A stretch of DNA of 64,000 bases from Polyangia bacterium (GTDB taxonomy: Bacteria > Myxococcota_A > Polyangia > Palsa-1104 > JAEUJZ01): NCBI GenBank assembly GCA_044228505.1, contig JBGAUT010000011.1:9094-73093 (forward strand), read 5' to 3'. The notes beneath the pieces are model-generated. The model searched no databases. It saw only the letters and a list, made by a program, of their open reading frames with translations, and had not been told where the DNA came from. The position numbers were made by a program, and so were the translations under genes. This document shows, piece by piece, positions 45,297 through 57,100 of this stretch. The stretch's first letter is position 1. Each line of letters opens with the position of its first letter.

Positions 45297-46565
45297 CTAA
45301 CAATCGGGGAAGAACTCGTGCGTCACCGCTGCGCCGCGTGCCCACTGATCGTCTCCGCCCGGAAGCAGCGCCGCGTCTTGAGAGATCATCGCCACCGACT
45401 CCAGAAACCCGGCGTGATAGGACAGCGTAAAACAGGCTTTCCCAGAGCCTTCTCCCGTCGCAGGATTTTTGCGCAGGTCGAACGCATTCGGAGCAAAAGC
45501 CGCGATCTCTTCGTCGCTCAGCTTGCAGACCTTTTCAGCGAGTCGCGCCAGATTCCCGGGCGACAGCTTGGGACTATAGGCCGGATCGTTTTTGAGAGCC
45601 CACGGCGGGCCCGCCGGGTAGTCCGCGAAGATTCCGAGCCACGGGGCACCGAGTCCGTACAGCCGACGCGGCGAAAAGTGGTAGGCAAGCTGATTGATCG
45701 AGCTGCCCGAAAAAACATTCGCTCGCAAAAATGCCATACACGCCGGTCCATCTTGACGCTTGCGGTCCTCTGGATGAAAGCAGGCGTCGAAACCAAGTGC
45801 AGTGGCTCCGCGAGGTGGTGCGAACTTGTGAAAGACGTAATCCTGGCCCCGATACTCGCTTGCGGCGTAGAGGTCTTGGTAGGCGAGGCTGCGACCGCTG
45901 GTGGCAAACTGAATCGAGGCACCGCCCACCTCGATGATGGCGAAGCTGTCCCGTACCGTTGCTGGGATCTGCTGCGACACCCCGAGCCAAGCCAGCCGAG
46001 CCTCTTCCAAGCCGCTGATTGTGCGCGCCACTACCTGTTCTTGTTTGGCCTCGTCTTTGAAGAAACGCGCAATCTCGCTCCAGACCGCCTGGAACTCTCG
46101 ACGTTCATCGGGGAGATTGGTGCTGGGACTGCGAAATCCTCCCGTGCCCAGCGCGACCACACCCTGGATCCGCTCACGAAGCTGGGGATTGCCCTTTTTC
46201 TGGACGTCCCCAAGCGCTTCCCAGGCCTGACGCAGCTTCGGCAATAGCAACGACGGGACTTCTTCTTGGGAATGGCCACGTACCAGCGCGGCGATACCAC
46301 CGCTCAGCTTCACGCAAACAGGGCTTACGGAGGTCACGCGACAGCGCTTCTGGTCCGGCCCTTTGTCGACCGTTACCGGATACATGCAAAAGCGAGTACC
46401 CGACGAACCAAGATCCAGCACCAAGTGGACTGACTCTGTCCTCTCCGATGGACGCGCCGTTTCAGGCTGTGCTCCTTCATCCGGGAAGCCCAGGAGTGCC
46501 AGCAAACAGACAAACGGAACCGTCGAGAATAAGCGGAGTGGACGCGGACGCATGTCGCCTCCCAA
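45297..46565 (-). CDS. Secreted ASKHA-fold nucleotide phosphatase (GDA1/CD39 NTPDase- or Ppx/GppA-like)
   Basis: Signal peptide. Apyrase-conserved-region-like motifs VLDLGSSGTR (ACR1), ALGTGGFR and IEVGGASIQF (ACR4). Confidence 0.5.
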   Translation of the reverse strand: MGGDMRPRPLRLFSTVPFVCLLALLGFPDEGAQPETARPSERTESVHLVLDLGSSGTRFCMYPVTVDKGPDQKRCRVTSVSPVCVKLSGGIAALVRGHSQEEVPSLLLPKLRQAWEALGDVQKKGNPQLRERIQGVVALGTGGFRSPSTNLPDERREFQAVWSEIARFFKDEAKQEQVVARTISGLEEARLAWLGVSQQIPATVRDSFAIIEVGGASIQFATSGRSLAYQDLYAASEYRGQDYVFHKFAPPRGATALGFDACFHPEDRKRQDGPACMAFLRANVFSGSSINQLAYHFSPRRLYGLGAPWLGIFADYPAGPPWALKNDPAYSPKLSPGNLARLAEKVCKLSDEEIAAFAPNAFDLRKNPATGEGSGKACFTLSYHAGFLESVAMISQDAALLPGGDDQWARGAAVTHEFFPDC

Positions 46566-46754
46566 AGCAGGTGCAGGTATTGAGTCAATAAGTACAGAGG
46601 CAGGCAGGCGCAGCCATGAGCGCGGCTACGGACTTGCTAAGAAGTAACCCAAGTGCCTACAAGTAGGGTTAGATTTTTGTAGCTTTTTGGCTACTAATCA
46701 TAGTTTTTGCAGCTAGTGCTCGTTGCTATCTGCCTGGTTCTGGCTCGTTGTCGA

Positions 46755-48086
46755 TTAGTTGAGCAGCGATAGTGGTTGCCAGTGCGCCTCGACCCTCTCA
46801 CCTCGTATCGCGTAGAGGTCTGACAGCGCCGCGAAGTTATCCGCCTCACGCGGGTGCAATAGCACGAAGCTGCCGACGCCCGCCGCCACATTGCGGGAGC
46901 CGGTCAAAAGCTGCTGATTCGGTAGCAGGTTGCGAATGGGTCCATCGTTGAACCAGCCTGGCCTCAGACCCACCGGATAGACGATCGGCGAATCCCAGGT
47001 CCCACCGTATAGAAAAAAACCAACCGCCAGGTTTGGATCCCAAAGTCGCAGAAGCCCCCACATGCCGTCCAAAAACGGGAGCGGGGGCGCGTCCTGCTTC
47101 TTGAGAACTGGAACCGCGAGCCACAGCGCCGGCAAAAAGTCGGCGAGAGCCTCATCGGCAAAGTTCGCCGGTCGAAGAAGCCCCGAGCCCATCGCCAGGT
47201 CGTTTACCACCGTTGGCAGCCCTGCATATAGCGGCAGCGTCTTGCTTCCGCCGCTATTCAACACCAGCCTCGGGGCGTCGGGTGAGAACCAATCAGGCTG
47301 GTGCGCTTTGACAACGTCGACAAAGTGCTGATAACGCGTCTGCACCTCGCGAAGCGCCGCAAGAATCGCCGACTTGTGACGCAACCCCGGTGCGTGCGGG
47401 ACGTGTCCGTCGTAACCCATGAAGCCACTGAGCTGAAGTTCTGACGGTGACGCCGCAATTTGATCGAGCAGTGCAACCAGCTCCGCATCACTGCGCACGC
47501 CGCCCCGATGAAGGCCGACGTCAAGCTCGATGCTGACCCGCAGCCGAAGACCCGTCCGTTGGGCAACCTCGCGATACGCTGTGAGCCGAGATGCGTCATC
47601 AATCAGCCACTCGACCCGCTGGGCCGCCTCGGGCATCTGTTGCAAGATCTGCTGAGCACTCGCGGCTGGAGCCGGCTTCCCGAGCAACATATCGATCGCG
47701 CCCAGGTCACCGAGTTCACGCAATAGCAGCGGAATCTGCGGCGCATGAAACACCATCAGTTCGCGGCTACCGCTGCGCTGCAAGATATACCGAATGAGAC
47801 CGAGCGATGGCAGCGACTTCACGACGATGCGAAGTCGCTGATTCGACGACAACACCGCTTTGGCCCGCATCAGATTGGCATCCAATCGATCGAGATCGAC
47901 CACAGCACAAGGCAGCCCTGGCGTGGTTTTGAGTGCGGAAGTCACCGTCGAAAAATAGAGCGCTTCGCCAGGCCGCAGTCGGGTTGAGTCAGAGATCGCA
48001 CGATCGACTGGCTTTGCCCAAAACATCACCAGTGCCAGCACACCCGCGCCTACAGATAGCGCCATCCAGCTCCGTCGTCGGACCAT
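46755..48086 (-). CDS. Alanine-racemase-N-domain PLP enzyme (DSD1 / D-serine-dehydratase-like family) with N-terminal TM anchor
   Basis: The PLP-binding fold-type III pattern begins RIVVKSLPSLG (Lys) and ends in a C-terminal beta domain. The ORF track extends 190 codons upstream (to 48656) through an implausible sequence; the Met at 48086 fits the family. Confidence 0.6.
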   Translation of the reverse strand: MVRRRSWMALSVGAGVLALVMFWAKPVDRAISDSTRLRPGEALYFSTVTSALKTTPGLPCAVVDLDRLDANLMRAKAVLSSNQRLRIVVKSLPSLGLIRYILQRSGSRELMVFHAPQIPLLLRELGDLGAIDMLLGKPAPAASAQQILQQMPEAAQRVEWLIDDASRLTAYREVAQRTGLRLRVSIELDVGLHRGGVRSDAELVALLDQIAASPSELQLSGFMGYDGHVPHAPGLRHKSAILAALREVQTRYQHFVDVVKAHQPDWFSPDAPRLVLNSGGSKTLPLYAGLPTVVNDLAMGSGLLRPANFADEALADFLPALWLAVPVLKKQDAPPLPFLDGMWGLLRLWDPNLAVGFFLYGGTWDSPIVYPVGLRPGWFNDGPIRNLLPNQQLLTGSRNVAAGVGSFVLLHPREADNFAALSDLYAIRGERVEAHWQPLSLLN

Positions 48087-48203
48087 GTCGCATCCTATCA
48101 CACCGGCGTCGCTGTCAGAAAAGGCAGCCGTTGTATAGGCAGCCGATCTGGGCGATAGTAACCTTCGCGGTATTTTGTCGCCGCCGAGTCGACCGAGGGC
48201 AGT

Positions 48204-48764
48204 ATGCCAATCCACGAAGAGCAGCTTCGCCGTGAGCAAGAACTCTTCGAAAAGAGTGAAGAGCAGCGAACGCACTCGACTGAGCGCCCCGAAGCGAGGG
48301 CCCACGAACAGGGCCAGCGAATGATCGAGGTGAATCATCGCATCGAGGCGGCGGAGCTTCACGACGCGCTGAAAGGCGAGGCCTTTAGCCAGACACAGCT
48401 CGCGGAACTGCCGACGCAGAGCGAGCCGACCAAACAAGCGGTGGAGCAGCTCTTCCATCACCTCGTCGAGCGGAAAGACAAGCCGCCAGCGGACCAGCTC
48501 AAGAAGCAACAGCGGACGACGACGCCAGTCGACCGCAAGACCGGTATGCGATCCCCCGAGCCAAGACACCGCGAACCGGATGACCTGTTTTCCACGGGAA
48601 TCGAGGGAGACTTTGTTCCCAATACCAAGATCGCGGCAGGGGAAGTCGATATTCACCCGGCACCCGATGAAGGGATCGATTGGGGAGGCGGCAAACCTCG
48701 CCGTCGTCGACTGGGCAAACCGGGCTCATTTGTCAAAAAGAAGCCACCAGCCGACGGCAAATAG
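48204..48764 (+). CDS. Hypothetical highly charged, low-complexity protein
   Basis: Host-like GC3. Lies 27 bp upstream of the AAA+ ATPase gene on the same strand. No recognised motifs; could be spurious. Confidence 0.3.
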   Translation: MPIHEEQLRREQELFEKSEEQRTHSTERPEARAHEQGQRMIEVNHRIEAAELHDALKGEAFSQTQLAELPTQSEPTKQAVEQLFHHLVERKDKPPADQLKKQQRTTTPVDRKTGMRSPEPRHREPDDLFSTGIEGDFVPNTKIAAGEVDIHPAPDEGIDWGGGKPRRRRLGKPGSFVKKKPPADGK

Positions 48765-48791
48765 CCGACCTGGGGCCGTAACTGTAAGGAG

Positions 48792-51017
48792 ATGACGTCG
48801 CCGATGAGCGCAGCAGCAACCGAGTCAGAGCGGCAAGCCGCCGAGCAGTGGCTAGCCGCCGAGCTTAACCGTATGTGGCTGGTCGCCGAGCGATGCCTAC
48901 GCCAGTTTCAGCGCGCCCAGCTGAGACCGCAGCCCGACAATCCGGCGCTGGCCGAGGTGGAAGGAATCTTCACCGCTCGTCGCGCTGCCCGAGGTGGTCT
49001 GTCGAGCGGCCCGATGGACGAAGCCGAGCTCTCGCGAGCGATTACCGAGGTCGAGGGCACTCTGTTCGCGCTCCGTCGAGCAGCGCCCATCGGACGGATG
49101 ATCGAAAACCTGGGCCTGTCACCGCTAGAGGTCGAAACGCTGGTGGTCGCGATGTCACCGCACATCGACGCACCGCTATCGGACGTCTTCTCACTGCTTC
49201 GTGGTTCACCGAGCCGTCGTGGCGTGGACCTATCGCTGGTGGCGCAGCTTTATCAGCTCCGGCGCAGTGATCGGCTTCAGCTACTCGATGCGCTTGATCC
49301 AGAGCGGCCACTGCTCGCGTGGCGCATGATCCAGGTGATCTCGCCCGATTCGATGGAGGGCTATAGCTCGGTCAACTACCGGGCGATTATGCCGACGTTC
49401 GACGTGCTATCGGCGTTGACAGGACGGGCAGAGCTGGCCCCGGCACTGGCGAAGACCTCACGGATCGTCCGTGGCGAAAAGCGGCTTGATGATTTGGTGC
49501 TATCCGACTCGCTCCGCCAGAAAGCCGAACGACTGTGTGCGATGGCCGAGCAGGCCGTCCAGCAGCAGCAGCTTGCTCACATGCCGTGGCTCCTATTTTG
49601 GGGCCCAAAGGGCATTGGGAAACGCGAGCTTGCGTCGCGAATCGCGGCGTACTGTGGTCGTCCGATGCTGCAGTTTGACCCGACCGGTGCCGAGCCGGGC
49701 TCGCTCGACGATCTGCTGCGGCGGGCCCAGCGGGAGGCGCTGCTCCGAGGGGCGGTGCTCTACCTTGGACCACTGCGCGGCGAGCTGCTAAACGACAATG
49801 GCCGTGAACTCATCAAGCGCATTCTGACGTACCCATCCATGCTGATCCTGGGAGTCGAATCGCTGCTCCCGCCACGAATCAACGTCGATCACAGCATGCA
49901 GGAGGTGCAGCTATCGAACCCACCCGAGCCGGCGCGTCTGATCTTGTGGCAGCGGGTGATTCCCGAGTCGATTCGGGCTGCCGATCTCAACCTGCCCAGC
50001 ATTGCTCGGGCTTTCCATTTGTCGCCGGGCGAGATCATCGATACTGGCGCTGAGGCCCAAGAGCTGGCATCGCTCAGTCCAACGGGAACGATCAATCACG
50101 ACCAGCTCCGCGCTGGTATTGATCGACGGCTGCGTAACGATCTGGGGGATATGGCAAAGCGTATCTCCGTCTCGGCGCGCTGGGACGATCTGGTCCTGCC
50201 CGATGAGGATACGGCGCGTATCCGCGAATTTATCGGTCGAAGCAAGTACGCCTACATGGTCTACTCCGACTGGGGATTCGGTCAGCGCGTCGGCTACGGC
50301 AAAGGCATGATTGCGCTATTTTCGGGCCCACCGGGCACCGGTAAGACCATGCTTGCGGGGCTGATTGCTCAGGCTCTCGACTTGGACGTTTATCAGGTCG
50401 ACCTGGCGCAGGTCGTCAGCAAATGGGTCGGCGAGACGGAAAAGCAGCTCGCCAAGGTCTTCGACGCCGCAGAACGCGCTCACGCCGTGCTGCTCTTCGA
50501 CGAGGCCGACTCTTTGTTCGCCAAGCGTACCGAGGTCAAGACCTCGAATGACCGTTACGGCAACCTCGCCGTCAACTATTTGCTTCAGCGACTAGAGCAG
50601 TACAGTGGCGTCGTCGTCATGACGACCAACAAGGAAGCATCGCTCGATGAAGCACTACAGCGCCGACTCACGCTACACCTTCACCTTGAAGTTCCCGAGC
50701 CGCCTGAGAGAGAGCGGCTGTGGAAGTCGATGCTGCCTCCCAATGCGCCTTGGGCCAAAGACATCAACTGGAAGTCACTGGCCAAAGATTACGAAATCTC
50801 CGGCGGTTACATCAAAAACGCGGTGCTGCGTGCAGCGTTCCTTGCCGCCGAGGCCAACTCGCCGATTAACATGGTGCTCCTGCGCCGTTCCGCCTCGCTG
50901 GAAATGGAGGATATGGGTCGCCTCATCGCTCGCACTGGCCGGGCCGGTGTAGCTGGCGTCCCATCACTGCTCGGAACCTCGCATCGAGAGAGCAGCGAAG
51001 GTCACGGTCGCGCCTAG
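48792..51017 (+). CDS. Tandem AAA+ ATPase (degenerate D1 + canonical CDC48/FtsH-type D2) with ~250 aa N-terminal domain
   Basis: D1 reads LLFWGPKGIGKRELA, a degenerate Walker A. D2 reads [14 protein letters not shown] with LLFDEADSLF (Walker B), TTNKEASLDEALQRRL (sensor/Arg finger) and SGGYIKNAVLRAA. Confidence 0.8.
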   Translation: MTSPMSAAATESERQAAEQWLAAELNRMWLVAERCLRQFQRAQLRPQPDNPALAEVEGIFTARRAARGGLSSGPMDEAELSRAITEVEGTLFALRRAAPIGRMIENLGLSPLEVETLVVAMSPHIDAPLSDVFSLLRGSPSRRGVDLSLVAQLYQLRRSDRLQLLDALDPERPLLAWRMIQVISPDSMEGYSSVNYRAIMPTFDVLSALTGRAELAPALAKTSRIVRGEKRLDDLVLSDSLRQKAERLCAMAEQAVQQQQLAHMPWLLFWGPKGIGKRELASRIAAYCGRPMLQFDPTGAEPGSLDDLLRRAQREALLRGAVLYLGPLRGELLNDNGRELIKRILTYPSMLILGVESLLPPRINVDHSMQEVQLSNPPEPARLILWQRVIPESIRAADLNLPSIARAFHLSPGEIIDTGAEAQELASLSPTGTINHDQLRAGIDRRLRNDLGDMAKRISVSARWDDLVLPDEDTARIREFIGRSKYAYMVYSDWGFGQRVGYGKGMIALFSGPPGTGKTMLAGLIAQALDLDVYQVDLAQVVSKWVGETEKQLAKVFDAAERAHAVLLFDEADSLFAKRTEVKTSNDRYGNLAVNYLLQRLEQYSGVVVMTTNKEASLDEALQRRLTLHLHLEVPEPPERERLWKSMLPPNAPWAKDINWKSLAKDYEISGGYIKNAVLRAAFLAAEANSPINMVLLRRSASLEMEDMGRLIARTGRAGVAGVPSLLGTSHRESSEGHGRA

Positions 51018-51110
51018 TCCACCAAGTCCATCAAGCTCGCTCTCCGACGAAATGACCGCCGCACTGCCCAGTATTTTGGGCCGTGGCAATGTGTTAAACT
51101 CGCTCAATAC

Positions 51111-54100
51111 ATGTCAGAAAGCGCTGCGCCTCACGCTGAGCCGCCCGGTTCACGTTCTGCTGAGTCTGCTCAGTCCCCCTCTCCGGAGGTCCGCTTACAG
51201 GCCCTAGTCGGTCAGACTGCCCAGCCGGTCCTCGACGACCTTCTACCGCTGCTGATCGCCGAGCTGACCGAGGCTCGCGACCCGTCCGAGTACGCTGAGC
51301 AAGCCGTTCGAATGGCCCTGCTGCTATGGGATGGCCAGGGCAAGGCGGACGCGGCGCTGGCACTGCTGGGATCCGTGCATCATCCGGTTGCTTCAGCGCT
51401 CAGGCTTCAGGCTGCACTCGACGGGAGCACACAGGGGAACGCTCTATCCGAACACACCGATTGGGTGGTCCGCCACGGCAGCAGCGATGAAAAGACCGAA
51501 CTCGGTGAGATCATGTTTTGGCGCGGTGAGCTGGATATCGCGCAGTCACTACTGGCGGAAGGCTCGTCGGTACGGACCTACGCACTGCTGCTCACTTCCC
51601 AGGCGCTGACGAGTCGGGCCGCTGACGTGATCTCATCCAGCCAGGATGGTAACGATCTGCTGTGGGCAGCGTCTCTGCGCTGGCAAGCCAGCCAAGGTAG
51701 CTCAGACCTGGCGTCGGTGATTGTTTCGCTCGAAAAGCTCGCGCAACAAGCCGAGCATCAAGTCTTTCTTTCGGGACTTGCGGGGATGGTCCTTAAGCTT
51801 CGGGCCGGTGAACAGCATCTGGCGTGCCTGCCAGCATATGGCCCGGGTCAGTGGCAACTCCTCAATGAGCGTTTTGGTCTGCTCGGTGGCGATGCCGCAC
51901 TGCGTGGCTCGTCACCATCGGTTGAGCTGCTGGTCACTGCGCTAGAGCTAGCGACAGCGTCGATGAATTCGCGGGTGATGGCAAGCCAGGCGGCGGATCT
52001 GCTGATCAGCATCAGCCAAGTCATCAGTATTTCGCCAACGGTGGCAGGACAAGTCAGCCAACATCTCATCGAGAGACGAGCCGCCCAGCAACTGGAGCAC
52101 ATCGGTCGGCACCGCGAGGCTGCATACTTTTGGCAGTCGCAAGCCAACCGACTTTTGGAATCGCTGCCGCCTCCAGCCGCCGAGACGGAGGTCGATCAGT
52201 GGAATCGAGCGCTTGCGTTGGCGCATCTGTATCGAGCGGTAGAGTGCTGGTCGCTGGCTGTGCCACAGGTGGGAGACGAGGCCCGGAACCAGGCCATCCA
52301 GCTGAGTACGCGCCTGCTTGGTTTTGGGGTGGTCGACGAGATACTGGCGCTGCGCATTGCCGGTCTTTTGTTGCAAGGAAGTGACCGGCGGGCCGTTTGT
52401 GACTGGCTGCGATCATGCGCCCACGCCTGTCCACAAGCGCATCCCGAACGTGCCATTCTGGTGGTCCACTCGGCCCGTGCCGCAGAAGCCCTGCAATCCG
52501 GCGATCGTGAGGCACCGCTCTCGCTGCCAACAACTGCGGACCGTGCGACCTTGCACACGCTGGCGCGCCAGTTCCGTCGTCGTGGAGAGCTCCCGAAACT
52601 CCTCCCCGTCTACCGGGCACTGTCCACCGCTCCGGCTTCGGGAGAATCCGATTCGGTCGCAGCGACCTATGCTTCCGTTGCTGTGACGCTCGCCGTCTGT
52701 CTTCTGCCCGATGAGCTCCCTGAGCCGATCCTCGGTGAGACGGATGTCCAGCAGTTGCTACGAAACCTCCTTGCCGTCGCTGAGCCTTTCGCGGACAGCC
52801 CGGGCGGATTGCTAGTCGCTGCGGCACGGGCGCTGACTTGCCAGCGACGGTCCCACGATAGCGAGCTCATTGACTCACTGGTATTGCTGCTCAATCGGCT
52901 CCAGAACCCTCGCAACAAACTGCGTCTGCTAAAACAACTGGGTCACCACGCTACCGAGGCTGGTGATCTGCAGCGTGCCGAGGTTAGTTATCAGGAGGTT
53001 CTGGAGAGTGATCCGTCGGACGTTGTGGCGATGCACGCGCTGGCCCGACTATCACAGCAGCGCGGCGATACTCATCAGGCCATCGAGCTGCTCAAGACTG
53101 CCGTCGAGGCCGCTCTGTCGATCGGAGGAGATCCCGGCTCACAACAGCCATCGACGATGGCGATGCTGTCGCCGCGCAAGCTCGGGCTCGGTGATAGCCA
53201 TGCTCCCGTTGGTGCTCAAGCGGCAGCACTTCTGGCTTGCGAGCTAGGCGCGCTGTTCGAGCAGCGAGCGCAGGCCGGCGATGCATCGGCACTGGCCGAA
53301 GCTTTGACCGCATACGAAGGCGCTCTGCGACGAGACCCACGCTGTCGACCGGCGGCTCGTGCCTTGGTATCGCTATATCGTGCACTGAATCGTCCGACGG
53401 AGCAGCTCACGGCGATGCGTCGACTGTTGCCGCTAGTGCGTGATGACAGCCAGCGGCTCTCGCTGCTCGTTGAACTGGGTCAGTTGGCCCAGCAGCAATC
53501 GAAGCTGCTAGGTGGCGATTCGTCCGCCCCACTCATTGAACAGGCCATTGATGCCTTTGGCGAAGCGCTAGCGCTTGAACCAACCCACGAGGCGGCGCTC
53601 GAAAGCCTGGTGGAGCTATGCCAACTCGACGGACGGTACGGGCTCATCGCCGAGACGCTGGAACGGGCACCGAAAACACCCCGATTCCTACGTACGCTCT
53701 GCGAGGCCTACCAGCAGCTTGGTCAACCCGAAGGACTGGCGCGAGCGCTAGAAGATCTGTTGCCGCTGCTTACGGACCCGCCGGAAATCTTGTCTACGCT
53801 ACGTCAGCTCGCTGAGCTGTATCAGCGCCTTGAACGACCTAGCGACGAGATTCGCACCTGGGAGCGGGTCTATGAGCAGTCCCCCGAGCTAATCCTGGGC
53901 GACACCAAGATCTTGCTTCAGCTTGAGCACCGCTACGGCACAAACGGTCGCCACGCCGATCAAGCGAACCTGCTCCTGCGGGCGCTGTCTCGCGTCGACC
54001 AAGTCCGCGTCAAACTGAGTGACGAAGAGTCCGCCCACAAACGCCAGTTGCTGCTCCGGCTTGGTCAGGTTCAGCGCGAGTTCTTGCAAGCAAACAGAGA

Positions 54101-57100
54101 TGCCGTCCAGACCTTCGAGCGAGTGCTCACGGAGTGGCCCGAGGAGCGAACAGCACTGACTGCTTTGGTTGGATTGTACGCCCAGGGTGAACAATCGGGC
54201 GAATTGCGACGGACATTGACCGCGCTGCTCAAGCAGGTTCATGAACCGAGTGAGCGTTCTCGATACTTGTTTCAGCTCGGTGAGCTGCTCGACAAGCTGG
54301 GTGAAGCCGACGATGCGTATCGACTGTACGGCGAAGCGTTTTTCCTAGATCCCGCCAACCGCGCCGCGTTCACTGCGTACGAGCGAACTTGTTACCGTCG
54401 CCAGCAGTGGCCCGACGCAATCAAAATCTACGAAACCGCTCTGCGCCTCATCGAGACACAAAAGACGCGCTCTTATCGCCCGGCAGATCTGCATCTACGA
54501 CGAGGACAGGTCCAGCTCCAGTACTTGCAACAAATCGACGACGCGCTGGTCAGCTACTCGAAGGCGCTCGAGTCGGATGCTGAAAACGATGCCACCCAGG
54601 CAACCCTGGAACGGATCTACGCCGGACGCAATCAGTGGAAAGAGCTGCTGTCCGCCTACGAGCGCCGTGCCCAGCTTGTCCGAGATGACAGCAAGCGTGT
54701 CGAGATCCTCCGTCGAGCCGCCCGGGTCGCCACCGCCAAGCTTCGCGACGTCATCGAGGCGGTCCGTTTCTACGAAAAACTGCACGCCGTCGACCCAACC
54801 GATACTGAGTCACTCGACGCGCTGGAACATCACTACGAAAGCACCCGCGATTTCGAAAAGCTGGCAGCGTTGCTTTCGACGCGTGTCACCCTGGCCAACG
54901 AAGAGCCGCAGATCATTGCGCTACACATGAGGATTGGCCTTCTGTGCGAAGAAGGTCTGCGCGATCACGATCGAGCGATCTCGGCCTATCGACAGGTTGT
55001 CGAGGCCCAGCCGACCCACCGTGAGGCGCTCGACGCGATGGCGCGGCTGCTGGAAGCCAACGAACGGTGGACGGAGCTCGTCGAGGTCACTCGACGTCAG
55101 ATTCGGCTCGTCACCGACCGACAGCACAAAGCGCTGCTGTACTTCAAATGCGGCTCTGTCACCGAGGCCAAGTTCGGCAAAGAAGACGAAGCGATCCGCT
55201 ATTACGAAGCGGCGGTCCGAACCTCAGCAGCTTGTTTGCCCGCGCTGCACAGCCTCCGGGATATCTACGTTCGTCGCGAAGACTACGCCCGTGTCACCCA
55301 AACACTGGAGTTGGAATCAAAGCTTTGGACCGAACCAAAAGAGCAGGCTGGCATCCTGGCTCACATCGGGCAGATTTACCTCGACAAGCTGCACCAGGCC
55401 GAACGGGCGGTTGAGTATTACGAACGAGCGCTCACCGTGGACAAAGACTGTCTCCCGGCCCACCGCGCTTTGTTCCACGTCTACTACCAGCGCGGCGACT
55501 TCTACCGCACCTATCAAACCGGGCAAGTGCTCCTTGTTCGAGCGGCTCGCGAGGGGGAACCAGCCGAGCGCTCGGGGTTCCATGCCAAGCGCGCCCATGC
55601 AGCGTCGAAGGTTGGTGAGCTGCGCGTCGCGTGCGAGTCCGTGGTGTTGGCGCTCGAGATCTGGCCGGAAAACATGGCGGCGCTCGGGTTGCTCGTGCAG
55701 CTCTGTCTGTCGTCTGAAACAGGCTTCGATCTGATCCCGACGTGCCGCGAACTAGAAAAGCAATACCGACGGCGAGAAATGCCCGAGCAGCTCGCGCTAC
55801 TGTTGTGCGCCCAAGCGGCGCTGGCAGAACGGGCTGGTGACAGTGATGCGGCGGAAGCACTGCTTGGAGAAGCCCTGCGACAAAAGCCCGATGAGTCTCA
55901 AGTGGTCGAGCTCGTTGCAGCAGCCTACACCCGTCTTGCCCGCTGGGACGGTGCGGTAACCCTGCTGCAGTCGTTTATCGATCGCCTGCGCCAAGCCTCA
56001 AATTCCGCGCTGCTGCCGACGATTGCTCGTTGTGAGCTGCTCCTCGCCGGTTTGTACAGTGAGGTGCTGCTACAGCCCGAATCAGCAGTAAAGCTACTGC
56101 GCCAGAGCCTTGAAGTATCAGCTCGCCCCGACTCGGCCGTGCCCGAGCAGACCGTGCAGCGCGCACGTTTTATGCTCGCTCAAGAGCTGTTTCGACTCGG
56201 CCGCTACCTGGAAGCTCGAACCGAGATCGACGAGCTGCTCCAATCGGTCCAGCCAGAAGGAACACCAACCGTTTCGCCAGCAGTGCTCTGTCGCTATTCG
56301 GACTATCAGGGCCGAATTCTGGAGTCTCTCGGCGATATGACCGGAGCGCAGCAGGCGTATTTGAAGGCGATTGATCTCGATCCGACCTATGCGCCGCCAG
56401 TGTTGCAGCTTGCACGCTGGGGAGTTTTGACGGGAAACCGCGACCAAGCGGAAGCGCTGCTGCGGGATGCCATTGAACGCGCCAGTGAGCGACCGATCGG
56501 CAGTCCAGTCGATGAGCGCGGCTCGGAGATCTTCTTGCGCCGAGGCCTGGCCCGACTTTTGAGTGCCAGCGAACCGCAAGCGGCCGTGGCGGAATACCAG
56601 CGCCTGATGGACCTGAGCGCTGACGATCGCCTCCTTCTGCCGCTGTGCTTCGATCTGACCAGCCCCGCAGGTCCTCCACTCGTTTGGGATGGCAACGACG
56701 ATCGAATCGCGCTGGCAGAGGTGCTGTTGCACAGCATCGGGGATACAACCCAAGCCGAACAAACGCTCCAGATCGTGCTCGGCAAGGATTTGCGGTGCGC
56801 GGCGGCGTATCCGCTGCTGGCGGAGGTCTATGAGCGCCGAAATGAGATCGCCCGCTCCCGGCGCGTCAAAACCGTCTCGGCCCTGCTCGGCTATACCACC
56901 GCCGAAAAACGGCCCCAGCGCAGCGGTGGCTATCGAACTGCTCTTGGCGAGGAACTGCGCCAGCGACTGCTGTTACCCAGCACCGTGCGCGGATCACTCA
57001 CCGTCGACCTACTGCAAGCCATGACACCTGGCCTGCTCAAGCTGTTTCCACCGACCTGGCCGTGGCCGGTAGAGGTCACGCCTGCCATCAAGATTTCCGA

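Noticed and set aside
46755-48656. Full 633-aa ORF as called by the track
   Set aside because: The first 190 codons translate to implausible low-complexity sequence lacking similarity to the family. The alanine-racemase-like domain with its TM anchor begins at the internal Met at 48086.
48792-51017. Calling the AAA+ ATPase plus the distant tube protein a contractile injection system
   Set aside because: No sheath, baseplate, spike or tape-measure genes are present anywhere in the 64 kb, and the two genes are 43 kb apart. The architecture similarity alone is insufficient.
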